Positions 32,556 to 42,955 of a DNA stretch of 64,000 nucleotides are shown here, in pieces. Every line of letters begins with the position of its first letter. Positions within the stretch are counted from its first letter, which is position 1. The stretch is from IMG/VR virus record IMGVR_UViG_3300042868_009489. One strand, written 5' to 3'. The position numbers and the translations under genes are program-made. The DNA is from a virus. The notes under the pieces were generated by a model that did not search any database, was not told the origin of the DNA, and saw only the letters and a list, made by a program, of their open reading frames with translations.

Positions 32556-33311
32556 TTAGAGTGTTAAATTGACGCGGAAAGCACCAATAACATTCGTAAC
32601 ATCTAGGTTTGCACGGATACCGAGTTTACCGGAGAACGAGCCTGATCTTGTGAGCTCATAAACTGTCTTGAGCGCACCTGGATCCGATGGAAGTTGCATG
32701 TAGGAAAGTAGTCCGTCATCAAAGTTTGTAGCAAACTTCTCGACTTCAATAACCTTACCTACCATCAAGTGTGGGTAACTAGCTGCATCAGCTTGCGACA
32801 AGAGTCTTGGACGACCCATGAAGTCTGGAGCAACTAAACTACCTGCTACGAGATCTGCGTTAACACCTGTGACCATTGGATACTCGACATAACCTCTAAC
32901 GATAAAGCCTGCACCTTGCGATGTGCCCTTGTCAAATGGTCTGTAGAGATCGTACTGTGCACAACCAACTGGCACTGAACGTGCAGCAACTGCTTGTGTA
33001 TCTCCAGATGCGCCAGCAACTGGTGTTGCTGCTGCAAGTGGGTCCCAACCTGAAATTGTGTCTCCCCAAGTTATTGAAGAGGCGCTACCGTTAGCTGGAA
33101 CGAAACGTGAATCACCACTTGAATCTGTTACTACCGAAAGGATTGTTCCCTTTGGAATAACAATTTCAAAACGATCATCTTCTGAATCTGAGTACCAAGT
33201 TGGAAGGGCGACTGATGGCAGGATGTATGCGGATGGTGCAATACCTTCCGAAACAACGAAACGACCAGCACCCGTTTTGGTACCTACTTTACGAAATTTT
33301 GCTAATGACAT
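32556..33311 (-). CDS. Capsid decoration/cement protein
   Basis: 251 aa between scaffold and capsid genes; IVIPKGTILSV motif. Confidence 0.6.
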   Translation of the reverse strand: MSLAKFRKVGTKTGAGRFVVSEGIAPSAYILPSVALPTWYSDSEDDRFEIVIPKGTILSVVTDSSGDSRFVPANGSASSITWGDTISGWDPLAAATPVAGASGDTQAVAARSVPVGCAQYDLYRPFDKGTSQGAGFIVRGYVEYPMVTGVNADLVAGSLVAPDFMGRPRLLSQADAASYPHLMVGKVIEVEKFATNFDDGLLSYMQLPSDPGALKTVYELTRSGSFSGKLGIRANLDVTNVIGAFRVNLTL

Positions 33312-33342
33312 TTTAATATCTCCTTATTTGTATATATTTGTT

Positions 33343-35059
33343 TTAAAGTTTGCGACGGCCCATGAGAGTATCAACAAACAGTTCTTCAACTGTATTCACT
33401 TTTTCTTCTGGTGCAGTTGACACTTCTTCGTCTTCAACAATGACATTGTTTTCTTTTTCAGAAACAATGCAACCATCTATTACGGATTCCACATTTAGCT
33501 TTTGAATATTCTTCTTAGCTACTGGAAGCTTAGCCAAATCCCTAAGGGAATCAGCCAAAGAACCTGCTGAACGAGTTGCATGATCTTGGATCAAGTTTTC
33601 TCTTTCTTCAATTGGTTCTACTCCTAATGAAATTTTAGTATCAACTACTCTTTCGGCCAAAGTGCGATGTAGTGCCTCTCTGAGCTTTGCATTTTCTTGT
33701 TGAAGCACTTGAAGTTTATCGTCATTGTCATTTTGCTCATCAGCATGAGTACTGCCTGTGAGCTCTGAGTCTGACTCTTCTTGTGTTTCGCTTTCTGGGG
33801 AGGACTCGGCGTTTTCAGAATTAACTACTTCTTCTTTGCCTTGTTCTTCTGTTTCCACTTTTTCTCCTTCAGATTCTTTTTCCTCAGTAGGAGACTGCTC
33901 TGCATTTTCTGCAGCTGGCGCCTCAACTAATGATTCATCTTCTTGTGCTTTCTTTAGCTTTTCAATCTTCGAAGTAAGAACATCCACTATAGATTGTTCA
34001 CCAGCTTCTTTTGCTTCTTGAAGAGCATCTGATAACACAGATATAAGATCTACATTTTTTGATTCTACATTTACAGAAGCTTCTTCTTGTGAAGGAGTTT
34101 CTTCTGATTCTTCTTTCGGTGCTGTAGCAATTGCTGACAGGTCTTGGCTTAGATTTTCGACAGTAGCCAAAACATCATCACCTTTAACGATTTCGTCCAT
34201 TTCAACATTCTCCTCGTCAATAATATTCTTTTCTGATAGTAACGCAGTATTATCAGCCTTTGCAGTTTCACTTTCTTGAAAGGCCAAAGCCGTAAGAAAA
34301 GCTCCTTTAACATGAAGATAAAGTGGTCTAGACTCTTTTTTCTTCATACCCTTTAAAATAGACTCATTCTCTTCCACAGTGGTTATATCTTCTTTATCCA
34401 TATGTAAAATAAAGGCTGTGCTTTTTGCTGTCCAATTTTCTGAATCAGTTACAACAGTTGATCCATCAATAGCTTTAGAAGCTCTTACACTAGACCTTTG
34501 ATCCGCTGGTTGGTTAACAAATGAGTATTCTTTAAAAGAAATGTCTTGCATATCAACGAAAGCAAGTTTACCCTTATAAACTTGACCACGCTTAAATTTA
34601 GCTGTCTTTGGTCTGCCGTCTGCTGATTCAGCAGCTAGGTCTTCACCTGAAATTGAGCAGACTGCTTTGCCGGCTCTTCCACCAACTGATCCAGTCAGGT
34701 ATCTCTTATCTGAGATCTTCTGAGCAGCCAATGGATCTGTGATTGCTACCTGCAATCTTACATATGGTGCACCGTCTTGCTCTTTGTCCATCTTAGCAGC
34801 AATGATTCTGCCAATTGGCTCAGAGTTTAAATCGTGATTTAAAATAATAGGCTTAGGGTATGGCTCAACCCATGATTGAAGAGCCTTTTCTAATTCTGCT
34901 GCTGAGTAGTTATTATAATTAGCAGTTAGTCCGTTCATGTATGGCAGCCACCTCTATAATGAGACCGTGGTTCTTACTGAATGATTCGGAAAAATCATTT
35001 TCCAATCCTGATAGGTCAGGAAGTTGAAGTGTGAAACTTTCAACAAAATCAAATGCCAT
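33343..35059 (-). CDS. Prohead protease-scaffold fusion; +1 shift at CGG (C at 34933)
   Basis: MAFDFVESFT..LIIEVAAIHE-(c)-GLTANYNNYS..KPIILNHD..PIGRI..YLTGSVG..EYSFVNQPAD, then an acidic coiled coil. Confidence 0.8.
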
Positions 35060-35145
35060 TTTAACGCTCCGTTTATTTTAATGTATTATCAATAGTAAAT
35101 TAACTTTTATAAGATTAAACAATCTTATATAAAGATATCATACTT

Positions 35146-35916
35146 TTATGCTGTTGCAAAAAAATTACCCCTAGAATCTCCATTTGAGAGAAAATCTTGC
35201 ATCATTCGCTTATGCATTATGTGTGGAGCATAAAGGTAAGATGCTGAGTAAAGCTTATAGCCCATTTTTGCTGCGTTTCCAGACCAGCCCAAATCTTCAC
35301 CCTGTGTATGGAGTGAATAGTCAACATTCTTATATACGTCTCTTGACATCATTTTTGCTGCCATAATAACATCTGACTGAAAATACTCACCAAGTGGATA
35401 TTTTTCTTTACGATAAGCTTGACCACCAGGTTCTTTTATCCAGTTCATTACACTTGGATACATTATATTTGTTGGAGTCATAAACATTAATGGACTCACC
35501 GCATCTGCGCCAGAGTTTACGTGTGCAACTAGTAATTGAATCGTATTTTCATTAGTTAATAGTATGTCAGAATCTAAGCTAAAAAAATAGTTTGGATTAA
35601 TATCTCTGACTTTTGACAAAAGAGAATTTCTTAAATTAACCATATTTTGATACTTAGATATACTCCAAGTTCTTGTTCCTTCATCGTGAGAAAAATGAGG
35701 AATGTCTTGTTTTATATCTAGAATAAACTCTGGTATATCTGGTCTTGCATTCCTATACTTAACTAACATCTCTATGGTTTTTTCATCATCTGGAGATGCT
35801 TCAAATATAAAAGCAGTTTTTGAAAAATCAATATTCTGATTTTCTATACAAGAAATCCAATAAGGAAATATCCAATCTCTTTGATAGATTGGACAACCAA
35901 TCACTAGTTCAATCAT
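35146..35916 (-). CDS. Glycosyltransferase, GT2-like
   Basis: IGCPI..LRNSLL..FFSLDSDILL..GEDLGWS..H. Confidence 0.75.
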   Translation of the reverse strand: MIELVIGCPIYQRDWIFPYWISCIENQNIDFSKTAFIFEASPDDEKTIEMLVKYRNARPDIPEFILDIKQDIPHFSHDEGTRTWSISKYQNMVNLRNSLLSKVRDINPNYFFSLDSDILLTNENTIQLLVAHVNSGADAVSPLMFMTPTNIMYPSVMNWIKEPGGQAYRKEKYPLGEYFQSDVIMAAKMMSRDVYKNVDYSLHTQGEDLGWSGNAAKMGYKLYSASYLYAPHIMHKRMMQDFLSNGDSRGNFFATA

Positions 35917-35919
35917 AAA

Positions 35920-36252
35920 CTACTCTGAAATAGATTTTGTTGTTTCTTTCACACTCTTCTTAGTAGGTGTGCTAACTTCTGTGCTTGTTGCTTCAATCTT
36001 TTCTTCTTTGATTTCAACAGCGTTAACATTCACTGCTGGTGCAGCTGGTACGACTTGTTCTACTGTTTCTTCTTCAGGTTCTGAAGTAAGAAATTCAACT
36101 ATAGAATCGATAACATCCACCAAAGCCTCAAGGGCTAATCTAGTCTGACCATTGCTAACTGCTTTTCTAAATACTAAAAGAGCATCTGCTTCTGTGTTAT
36201 CGCTACTTGTGATCTTATCATTTACATTAAACATCATTCTTATCCTTTTCAA
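35920..36252 (-). CDS. Hypothetical protein
   Basis: About 105-110 aa, overlapping the portal stop. Confidence 0.55.
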   Translation of the reverse strand: MKRIRMMFNVNDKITSSDNTEADALLVFRKAVSNGQTRLALEALVDVIDSIVEFLTSEPEEETVEQVVPAAPAVNVNAVEIKEEKIEATSTEVSTPTKKSVKETTKSISE

Positions 36253-37876
36253 CGTCTGATTCTATAACAGTATACTCGCTATCCAACAGAGATTCAATTA
36301 CTGATAGAAAATTATTATCATATCTTTTAATGTCCGGAGAAGTTTTTCTTCCATTTTGATTCATTGGCCTCATAGCGTTACCAACGCCTCTTTTATTGTT
36401 TGGTGTATTCTTCTGCCCTGGTCCAGCAGATTTTTGACCATCAGATGTTTTTGGTTCAGGTGCTTTACCTGTCCCTTGTGCCTTAGCTTGAGCTTGGGCA
36501 GTTGCATTAGTTGCGTCGACTTGAATATCGCTTTGTATTGATGCATGTGTCTTATTCATGTCAATGTCGGAATCATATCCTAATTCTATGCGAGCTTCAT
36601 CTAAGGTAATTAAGTTGGATACATATTTTTGAATGACGTGATTTTCTTTTTTAACTTGCGTATCAACATCTATTTCTTTAAACTTAAAGTAGCACCTATC
36701 TGAATTTCCAGTTTCCATTGGATTAGAGATTGGATCAAAGCCACCTTCAAATAATAATTCATTAAATATAGTTAATCTTACCATCTCCGAAAACAGCTTC
36801 TGCATCTGCTTAATTCTGTCATAAAGTGCAACGTCTAATCTTTCAGTAACAGATCTGTTGCCACCATTCATTGACATTCCAAGATGATGAGGCGCAACAC
36901 CCAATCCAATTGCAACACGTTCTTTAAAGTGATTTAAGTACTGGCTTGCATCAAGAGCAGATCCTTGTGATCCAATGACTTCCACATCATGTCTGAACGG
37001 AAGAATCAAACCACCTTCAGCTCTTAAATTTTCTATTTCTATAGCTGCTTGCTCAATCTCTTCTGGCTCAGCTGGTTGCTCTGCGGTTCCAATCTTATAT
37101 TTATAGAGTGGAAATAATTCTCTGTGAACAAGATTCTGAATATCTTCTTCAATTTGACGAAGAGCAATAACGTCATCAAGCACATTGATCAAAAATGGAG
37201 TACCAAATGCTCTACCAGTTTTTCTATCAAAGTGAAGATGAATTACTTTTTCTGCAGTCCAAACTGGATTTCCCTCAAGTGGCATATAGGTAAGCGGGTC
37301 TGTCTCTTGTCTATATGATTTAGGTCTGTTGTGCTTATCCCTAAATATTCTTACCTGTTCAGTAGGAATTAGGTAATAACCTATTACTGGAAGGTCTCCA
37401 GTCATAGGTGCTAGTTTATCTGGAAAATATTCATTCAAATCACCTCTTGCTTTAACAATAAAAGCGTTCGAAAATTTGAAGAGTTGATCTGAGACTTCAA
37501 TTAGGAAATCAACAAATGGTCTCTTCATTGCTATTTCCATGAAATCTATTCTTTGATGAAGATAAGAAATAGCTTCTGGGTTTTCAGAAACTATTTCCCA
37601 ACCCTCTTTCCAAAAAAGATCTTTATACTTAGACATAGCCTGCTTAACGTAAGAATCCGTATCAACAGCCTGCATTAGCCTTTCAAAGTCATATGCCGGT
37701 CTTTCAAAGGTAGCTCTATTATTGAAGTAATAATTGGTACCCTGAAAACCAAGAGCAAGCGATGCTATCTTCATAGCCTTAGATAGACCCTTTACCTGTT
37801 CTGGTGCTAAAGCCTTATCAGAAAAGGTAAGATCCTTATCTACTGTTTGAAATGGTAGGTAATCCCTAATTGCCAT
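36227..37876 (-). CDS. Portal protein
   Basis: 549 aa; VIHLHFD..AFGTP..DDV.ALRQIEE, GLGV, ITLDEARIELG; upstream of protease and capsid genes. Confidence 0.8.
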   Translation of the reverse strand: MAIRDYLPFQTVDKDLTFSDKALAPEQVKGLSKAMKIASLALGFQGTNYYFNNRATFERPAYDFERLMQAVDTDSYVKQAMSKYKDLFWKEGWEIVSENPEAISYLHQRIDFMEIAMKRPFVDFLIEVSDQLFKFSNAFIVKARGDLNEYFPDKLAPMTGDLPVIGYYLIPTEQVRIFRDKHNRPKSYRQETDPLTYMPLEGNPVWTAEKVIHLHFDRKTGRAFGTPFLINVLDDVIALRQIEEDIQNLVHRELFPLYKYKIGTAEQPAEPEEIEQAAIEIENLRAEGGLILPFRHDVEVIGSQGSALDASQYLNHFKERVAIGLGVAPHHLGMSMNGGNRSVTERLDVALYDRIKQMQKLFSEMVRLTIFNELLFEGGFDPISNPMETGNSDRCYFKFKEIDVDTQVKKENHVIQKYVSNLITLDEARIELGYDSDIDMNKTHASIQSDIQVDATNATAQAQAKAQGTGKAPEPKTSDGQKSAGPGQKNTPNNKRGVGNAMRPMNQNGRKTSPDIKRYDNNFLSVIESLLDSEYTVIESDVEKDKNDV

Positions 37877-37934
37877 GGTACGTCCTTATTTAAGCCTATA
37901 TCTAATAGTAGACTCAATTTGTCTAGGCTGTAAT

Positions 37935-38120
37935 TTATTGTTTTTCTAATATTCCTGCGGCTTCAAAGGTCTTCTTGATAATAAGATCTTTTACAGCTTC
38001 AAGCCAGAAAACTGTCTCAGCTTCTGTAAAGTCACTCTTGTAAGACAGATTCTTATCGCTGATCTTAATCTCAACTACAAAATCTGTTTTTGGTTCAACT
38101 GTTTCAGTTACTTCGCTCAT
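37935..38120 (-). CDS. Hypothetical protein
   Basis: 61 aa with RBS. Confidence 0.6.
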   Translation of the reverse strand: MSEVTETVEPKTDFVVEIKISDKNLSYKSDFTEAETVFWLEAVKDLIIKKTFEAAGILEKQ

Positions 38121-38121
38121 A

Positions 38122-38307
38122 TTATTGTCCTTTTAACTTTCTTATGATATTTGATTGATGTTTAATTGTAGCCTCTTTAATTACCAACTCGGTCATCAAA
38201 GTGCTAAGTTTTTCTTGAAAAATTGAGATAACAAGACCAATATCTAAGTTGGAATCATTATCTTGTTCTGTATTTATTTCAAGGTTATTTTGTTCTGCTT
38301 TAGACAT
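38122..38307 (-). CDS. Hypothetical coiled-coil protein
   Basis: 61 aa. Confidence 0.55.
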   Translation of the reverse strand: MSKAEQNNLEINTEQDNDSNLDIGLVISIFQEKLSTLMTELVIKEATIKHQSNIIRKLKGQ

Positions 38308-38325
38308 TTTCTTAGTATACCATAA

Positions 38326-38718
38326 TTAAACTTGTTCTTGATCGTCTAACTCAAAAAATTCTCTAAGCTCTTCTTGAATTATATCATCTTTAATAATTTT
38401 ATCATCCATTTCTTTTTGAATATTATTAATAAATTGATCTATGTTATTTCCTTTGTCTATATAATCTCTAATGGTTTCCAGCACTGTTTCTAGCGCGTTT
38501 AAATCAACATCTTTTATACTAAAGCTTGTTTTAACACCGTACTCGTATTCCTTACTTAGGGAGCTCTCTCCAGTTTCAACATTCACATTTATTCTTTGTG
38601 GAGTTGGACAAACAATGCCATTAAGCTCATATCCGGAACGACCAGTTATAAGTTGTTGTTTTAAAAATCTAACAACTGACACTGCTTGTGTCAATATATT
38701 TGTGTTTTCTTGGTTCAT
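38326..38718 (-). CDS. Hypothetical protein
   Basis: 130 aa with AAGGA RBS. Confidence 0.55.
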   Translation of the reverse strand: MNQENTNILTQAVSVVRFLKQQLITGRSGYELNGIVCPTPQRINVNVETGESSLSKEYEYGVKTSFSIKDVDLNALETVLETIRDYIDKGNNIDQFINNIQKEMDDKIIKDDIIQEELREFFELDDQEQV

Positions 38719-38732
38719 ATTTTTTCCTTAAA

Positions 38733-40364
38733 TTACGATATTGTGTGTCCTATGCCGGGCCAGTTTACATACGTGCCTTCTGCATAAGTTGGTGCCCAAA
38801 AATCTGGACTGGATAATACTGTAGCTATGCGTGATCTATAATATAATGTATACGTTCCAGCTGGCATCGAAGCATTAGTATAAGTGTATGAAGCACTGGT
38901 TGTTGTTCCTGAATCTAAAAGTGTACTACCTCTTCTTACTTCATAGCTAATATTTGTTCCAGAGCCTTTGTTTATATTCCATGTCAATGTTCGATTGCCA
39001 TTAGGAAGACTTCCTACTGAACCAAGTGTTACTGAAGGGTTTGTAAACGCAACTTTGTTTGCAGAAGCCGTAGCCCAAGCTGATACTTCTCCGGTTGCAG
39101 CATAAACTCTAGCGCTGATGTGATAAGTTGTTACAGCAGTGGATATCGGCACTGCTATAGTTGCAACTGTAGAACCTTGAACGGTAGTAAAAGGAGCAGT
39201 CTGAGATCCGGATAAAGTCGTTGCAGTTTTCCATTCTGTAGTTCCTGATGAAGTAATATTCCATTTAATAAAATTGTAACCTCTTGTATTAAATGTTATA
39301 GTTGGTGCTGTTGGAACAAAGACCTCAGTTGATGCAGTTTTGCTAGTATTTACAGTAGCAGTGGAACCATAATCGGTAAAGTAACTGGTAACCCTTAATG
39401 TATAAGATGTATTTGATGATAAGGAACTAGTGGTAACTGAAGCTGCTGTAGAAGATAAATCAAATGGATCTGCTGTACCGGTGTTATTCTTAAATAAAAA
39501 ATATGCGTAGCGGTTTGCTCCTTGGAGATCAATATTCCAAGTTATACTATTTGATGTTATTCCAGATGTGGTTATCACTGCAGCAGCTGTAGTGACTGCA
39601 TCGCTTGTTTGATAACCGACTGCAAAAGTCGTTTCTTTTGGTGAAAAATCTGTTTCATAATTTGCCGTAACAGCTAATTTATATTGAGTATCTTGATAAG
39701 GAACTGTAAGATTGGTTAAAGTTCCATTTGTTACGTTTGTTGCACTGGAAACAGATTCACCATCGGAATTTCTAGTAAGAACCCAATTAAAATTATCTGC
39801 TGAATGGTAATCAACTGTAAAGCTTACTTTATTTGGAGCGGTTGATCCAGCTCCAGTTACTGTTGGATTTTCCACAGTTACCGAATCAGTTGTAGTTTCT
39901 TCTAGAATATATGTTTCATTTTCTGGGTAATAAGTATTGTCACTGTTATCTCCAGCTGTATCATCTTCATACATTAATCTATAATAAAGACTAGCTGTTT
40001 GATTTTGCGATAATCCAGTAAGAGATATAAATGCAACTCTAGCATCAGTATAACTATATCCTGTCAATGGATTTCTTGTTCCATCTGGACGAACTGTATA
40101 ATATTGAAATTGAGAAGGAAACTCTGCAAATTGAGTAGTTGATGCTTGGGTGATTGTCCATGTTATGGCATTCGTAGTTACTGTGGTTGCGGAAACCGTA
40201 GGAGCGGTCGTTGTTATTCTTTGGTAAAATTTATTCCAACCAGCTCCATTCCAAATTCTTCCAGAATTAACAGTGTGCCAGCCATTGTTGTCTGCGTTTC
40301 TTATCTTTATAGTCGCAACATTGAGCCAACCACCGTTGGTGCTATTTCTCATCTTTACAGCCAT
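38733..40364 (-). CDS. FN3/Ig-repeat virion protein, candidate receptor-binding protein
   Basis: 543 aa, Thr-rich; about five beta-sandwich repeats (TSNSITW..LSSNTSYTLRV). Confidence 0.6.
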   Translation of the reverse strand: MAVKMRNSTNGGWLNVATIKIRNADNNGWHTVNSGRIWNGAGWNKFYQRITTTAPTVSATTVTTNAITWTITQASTTQFAEFPSQFQYYTVRPDGTRNPLTGYSYTDARVAFISLTGLSQNQTASLYYRLMYEDDTAGDNSDNTYYPENETYILEETTTDSVTVENPTVTGAGSTAPNKVSFTVDYHSADNFNWVLTRNSDGESVSSATNVTNGTLTNLTVPYQDTQYKLAVTANYETDFSPKETTFAVGYQTSDAVTTAAAVITTSGITSNSITWNIDLQGANRYAYFLFKNNTGTADPFDLSSTAASVTTSSLSSNTSYTLRVTSYFTDYGSTATVNTSKTASTEVFVPTAPTITFNTRGYNFIKWNITSSGTTEWKTATTLSGSQTAPFTTVQGSTVATIAVPISTAVTTYHISARVYAATGEVSAWATASANKVAFTNPSVTLGSVGSLPNGNRTLTWNINKGSGTNISYEVRRGSTLLDSGTTTSASYTYTNASMPAGTYTLYYRSRIATVLSSPDFWAPTYAEGTYVNWPGIGHTIS

Positions 40365-40371
40365 ATTAATC

Positions 40372-41958
40372 CTAGGACAACCATATATCTCCAGCTTTTA
40401 ATTGGCTATTATTCACTGTTGGTTCATCAGTTGAATATCTAATATTCCTTACTGTAAAAACGCCAGTTGGGTTTGTGGTGGCGTTAGAAATAACAACTCT
40501 TATTTGATTACCAAAAGTTAGATATGCTCCAAGTTCTTGTTCAAGTCCAACTCTAGGAGCACTTACTTGTGTGAACTTTGCTACACCATTGCTGTTTATC
40601 TCTATGCCAGTGGCGCTAGAGTCATCCCCAGCCCCAGTCCAACTCCAGTCTTTACTTATCTTTGTTGCTTCAATTAATATTCCTCCTATTGATCCACTAG
40701 TGGCAGTTACGTTTCCACTGATAGCGAGGGTAGTTCCATTCCATGTAAGTTTATTGCCCAACGCAAAAGTTCCATTATCTATATCCAAATAAGAAGAACC
40801 GCCTGAAGATTGAACCCTTCCAGTTGTAATAACGTTACCAGTAATACTTGTAACATTGGCATTTACTTCTTCGCCCGTTATAAGATCATTACCAGCTGTT
40901 CCACCAATAGTGACACTACCGTCTATCGATAAACTAGAACCATTCCATGTAAGTTTATTACCCAAGGAAAACTGATTACTGCTATCAACATAAAATGGAG
41001 TATTAGTATTATTGTAAACTCCTGTTCCAAGAAAAATTTTTGAATTACTCGACATTACTGTACTGCCAGTAAGAGTTAAATTCTTAGTGGTTATTGTATT
41101 GGCTGTAACGTCACCTTCTTTTGAAACTTTGAATGGTGCGTTCACCAAAGTTCCAGAACCAGACCAAAGATTTCCATCACTATCAACGTGGAAAGATCCA
41201 GAGTCATATCCTCCAATATCAATACTTCCTGCAATTGTTGCATCGTAGAAGTATGCTCTACCACTACCATTGATTAACCATCCGGTTGTGGCATTTGCAT
41301 AACTTCCTCCACCAACATCATCTCCATCAAATGTAGAAGACTTGATTACAGATGTTCCGCCAGCCATTGTAATGGTGTGTGCACCGATTGTTCCAGCTGT
41401 AATCTTAGATGCAGTTAGATCTATAATGTGCGCCGATTCAATAAAAGTTGTAGCAGTAGATGCAACTATAGGAGTCCATGCAGATTTATTCGCAGATGTA
41501 TCAATAGATTGTACTCTGGCAAAGTAAATTTTTGGAGTTGTGACAGGAGTTGTGACACCAGTATTTGCATCTACTTGATTTGTTCTTTCAGAGTTTTGTG
41601 GAACATCAACAGTTATAACGTTTGAAGCGGAAAAGCCAGAAAGATATGGAGTTGATCCACTAATGATCACATATGTAGATCCGCTTTGAGCAATGTCTTC
41701 AGGAAGATAAACTTCATAGTTATATCCTCTTAGGTCTGATTCATTAGAAGGATTAAAGCTAATCATTATCGACTTGTAGTTACCGACTATTGTTAAATTA
41801 CCCAAATCTGCCGGCTGAGTAAGGTCAGATGGAATAGTGAATCTAATAGCTGAAGCTGGATCTAAGACAACGTTTAATTCTACATCTTTTGGTTTAACCG
41901 TTAAGAGATACTGTTTTCCAGGTTTTAAATTTTGTATAGTTTTTTTAATTGTAGTCAT
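40372..41958 (-). CDS. Tail/baseplate fibre protein with FN3-like domain
   Basis: 528 aa; DLRGYNYEV..YFARVQSIDTSANKSAW, ASKITAGTI, two LGNKLTWNG repeats. Confidence 0.65.
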   Translation of the reverse strand: MTTIKKTIQNLKPGKQYLLTVKPKDVELNVVLDPASAIRFTIPSDLTQPADLGNLTIVGNYKSIMISFNPSNESDLRGYNYEVYLPEDIAQSGSTYVIISGSTPYLSGFSASNVITVDVPQNSERTNQVDANTGVTTPVTTPKIYFARVQSIDTSANKSAWTPIVASTATTFIESAHIIDLTASKITAGTIGAHTITMAGGTSVIKSSTFDGDDVGGGSYANATTGWLINGSGRAYFYDATIAGSIDIGGYDSGSFHVDSDGNLWSGSGTLVNAPFKVSKEGDVTANTITTKNLTLTGSTVMSSNSKIFLGTGVYNNTNTPFYVDSSNQFSLGNKLTWNGSSLSIDGSVTIGGTAGNDLITGEEVNANVTSITGNVITTGRVQSSGGSSYLDIDNGTFALGNKLTWNGTTLAISGNVTATSGSIGGILIEATKISKDWSWTGAGDDSSATGIEINSNGVAKFTQVSAPRVGLEQELGAYLTFGNQIRVVISNATTNPTGVFTVRNIRYSTDEPTVNNSQLKAGDIWLS

Positions 41959-42954
41959 TATCTCAAACCTCCTATCGACTTAAACGTTAAATCTGGATTT
42001 ATTTCTTGATCATCTAAAGAAAAGTAAAAATTTCTTAAAAAACTTATTTTACTTATAAATATTTGATTGTTACCTGATAAAATATTTTTATCTGATAAAG
42101 TTTCAATCTCTAAAGTATAATCAAGATATTCTAAATCATTTTTCTGAAAAATTATTGATTCTTTTTCTTCAGTTGAATAACAATCAATTTCGTACCAATC
42201 CAAAACTATATTTTCAGTTTCTACTGAAGATTCATATTTCGTAGTTATTCTAATTTTACACTTACCATATCCTGGACCAACTGCACCGGTTATTTTAATA
42301 TTTGGTCCACTGAAAGTTCCGACTATCTTGGATCCGACTTTTTTTGATAGATTATTAACCCAATCCGTTCCGTCATTGAAGTATGCCAATCTATAGTATC
42401 CAATAGAATTTTTATTAATCTCAGTGTCATACAGGTCAATGCTTGGTGGAGTTGCACTATAGTAAAGACTATAGCCAGGACTTGCTTCTAGTGAGTTAAT
42501 GATGTTGTTTGAATATTCTACGTATTCATAGGATGTTACTGAATTTGCTGTAACTGGAGTTGCGTGAATATATTTAATGTAGTCTGATCCATAATAGACA
42601 CTATAGGTTCCATCCGGAAGAGTATCTGCCTCATGATTCTTTGCAGCTTTAAAATATAATATACCGTCAACAATTTTAGTGACTACAGGAGTTGAAGCTT
42701 CTGATGTTGAAACATTGGAGTTTTCATAAACAACTAAATATGAATGATCTTGCTCAACCTTAAGAAGGCTACTATTGTATACGTAATTTAATTCATTGTT
42801 TCCGATGTCTGCAAATAACCAATCATTGGCAACAATATAGTCCTTTAATTGGTCTATTACTATTCCGCCTTTTTAATGGCGGAATGTTATAAACCTTTTG
42901 TTGGGGACTTGCCGCCAAATTGCTTGTGTTGTCTAAATATTTGAACCAGCTCAT
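41958..42954 (-). CDS. Hypothetical virion protein; +1 shift at CGG (C at 42867)
   Basis: MSWFKYLD..IPPLKR-(c)-GIVIDQLKD.. stays open into the 143 aa ORF; fills the gap exactly. Confidence 0.7.
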
Positions 42955-42955
42955 G

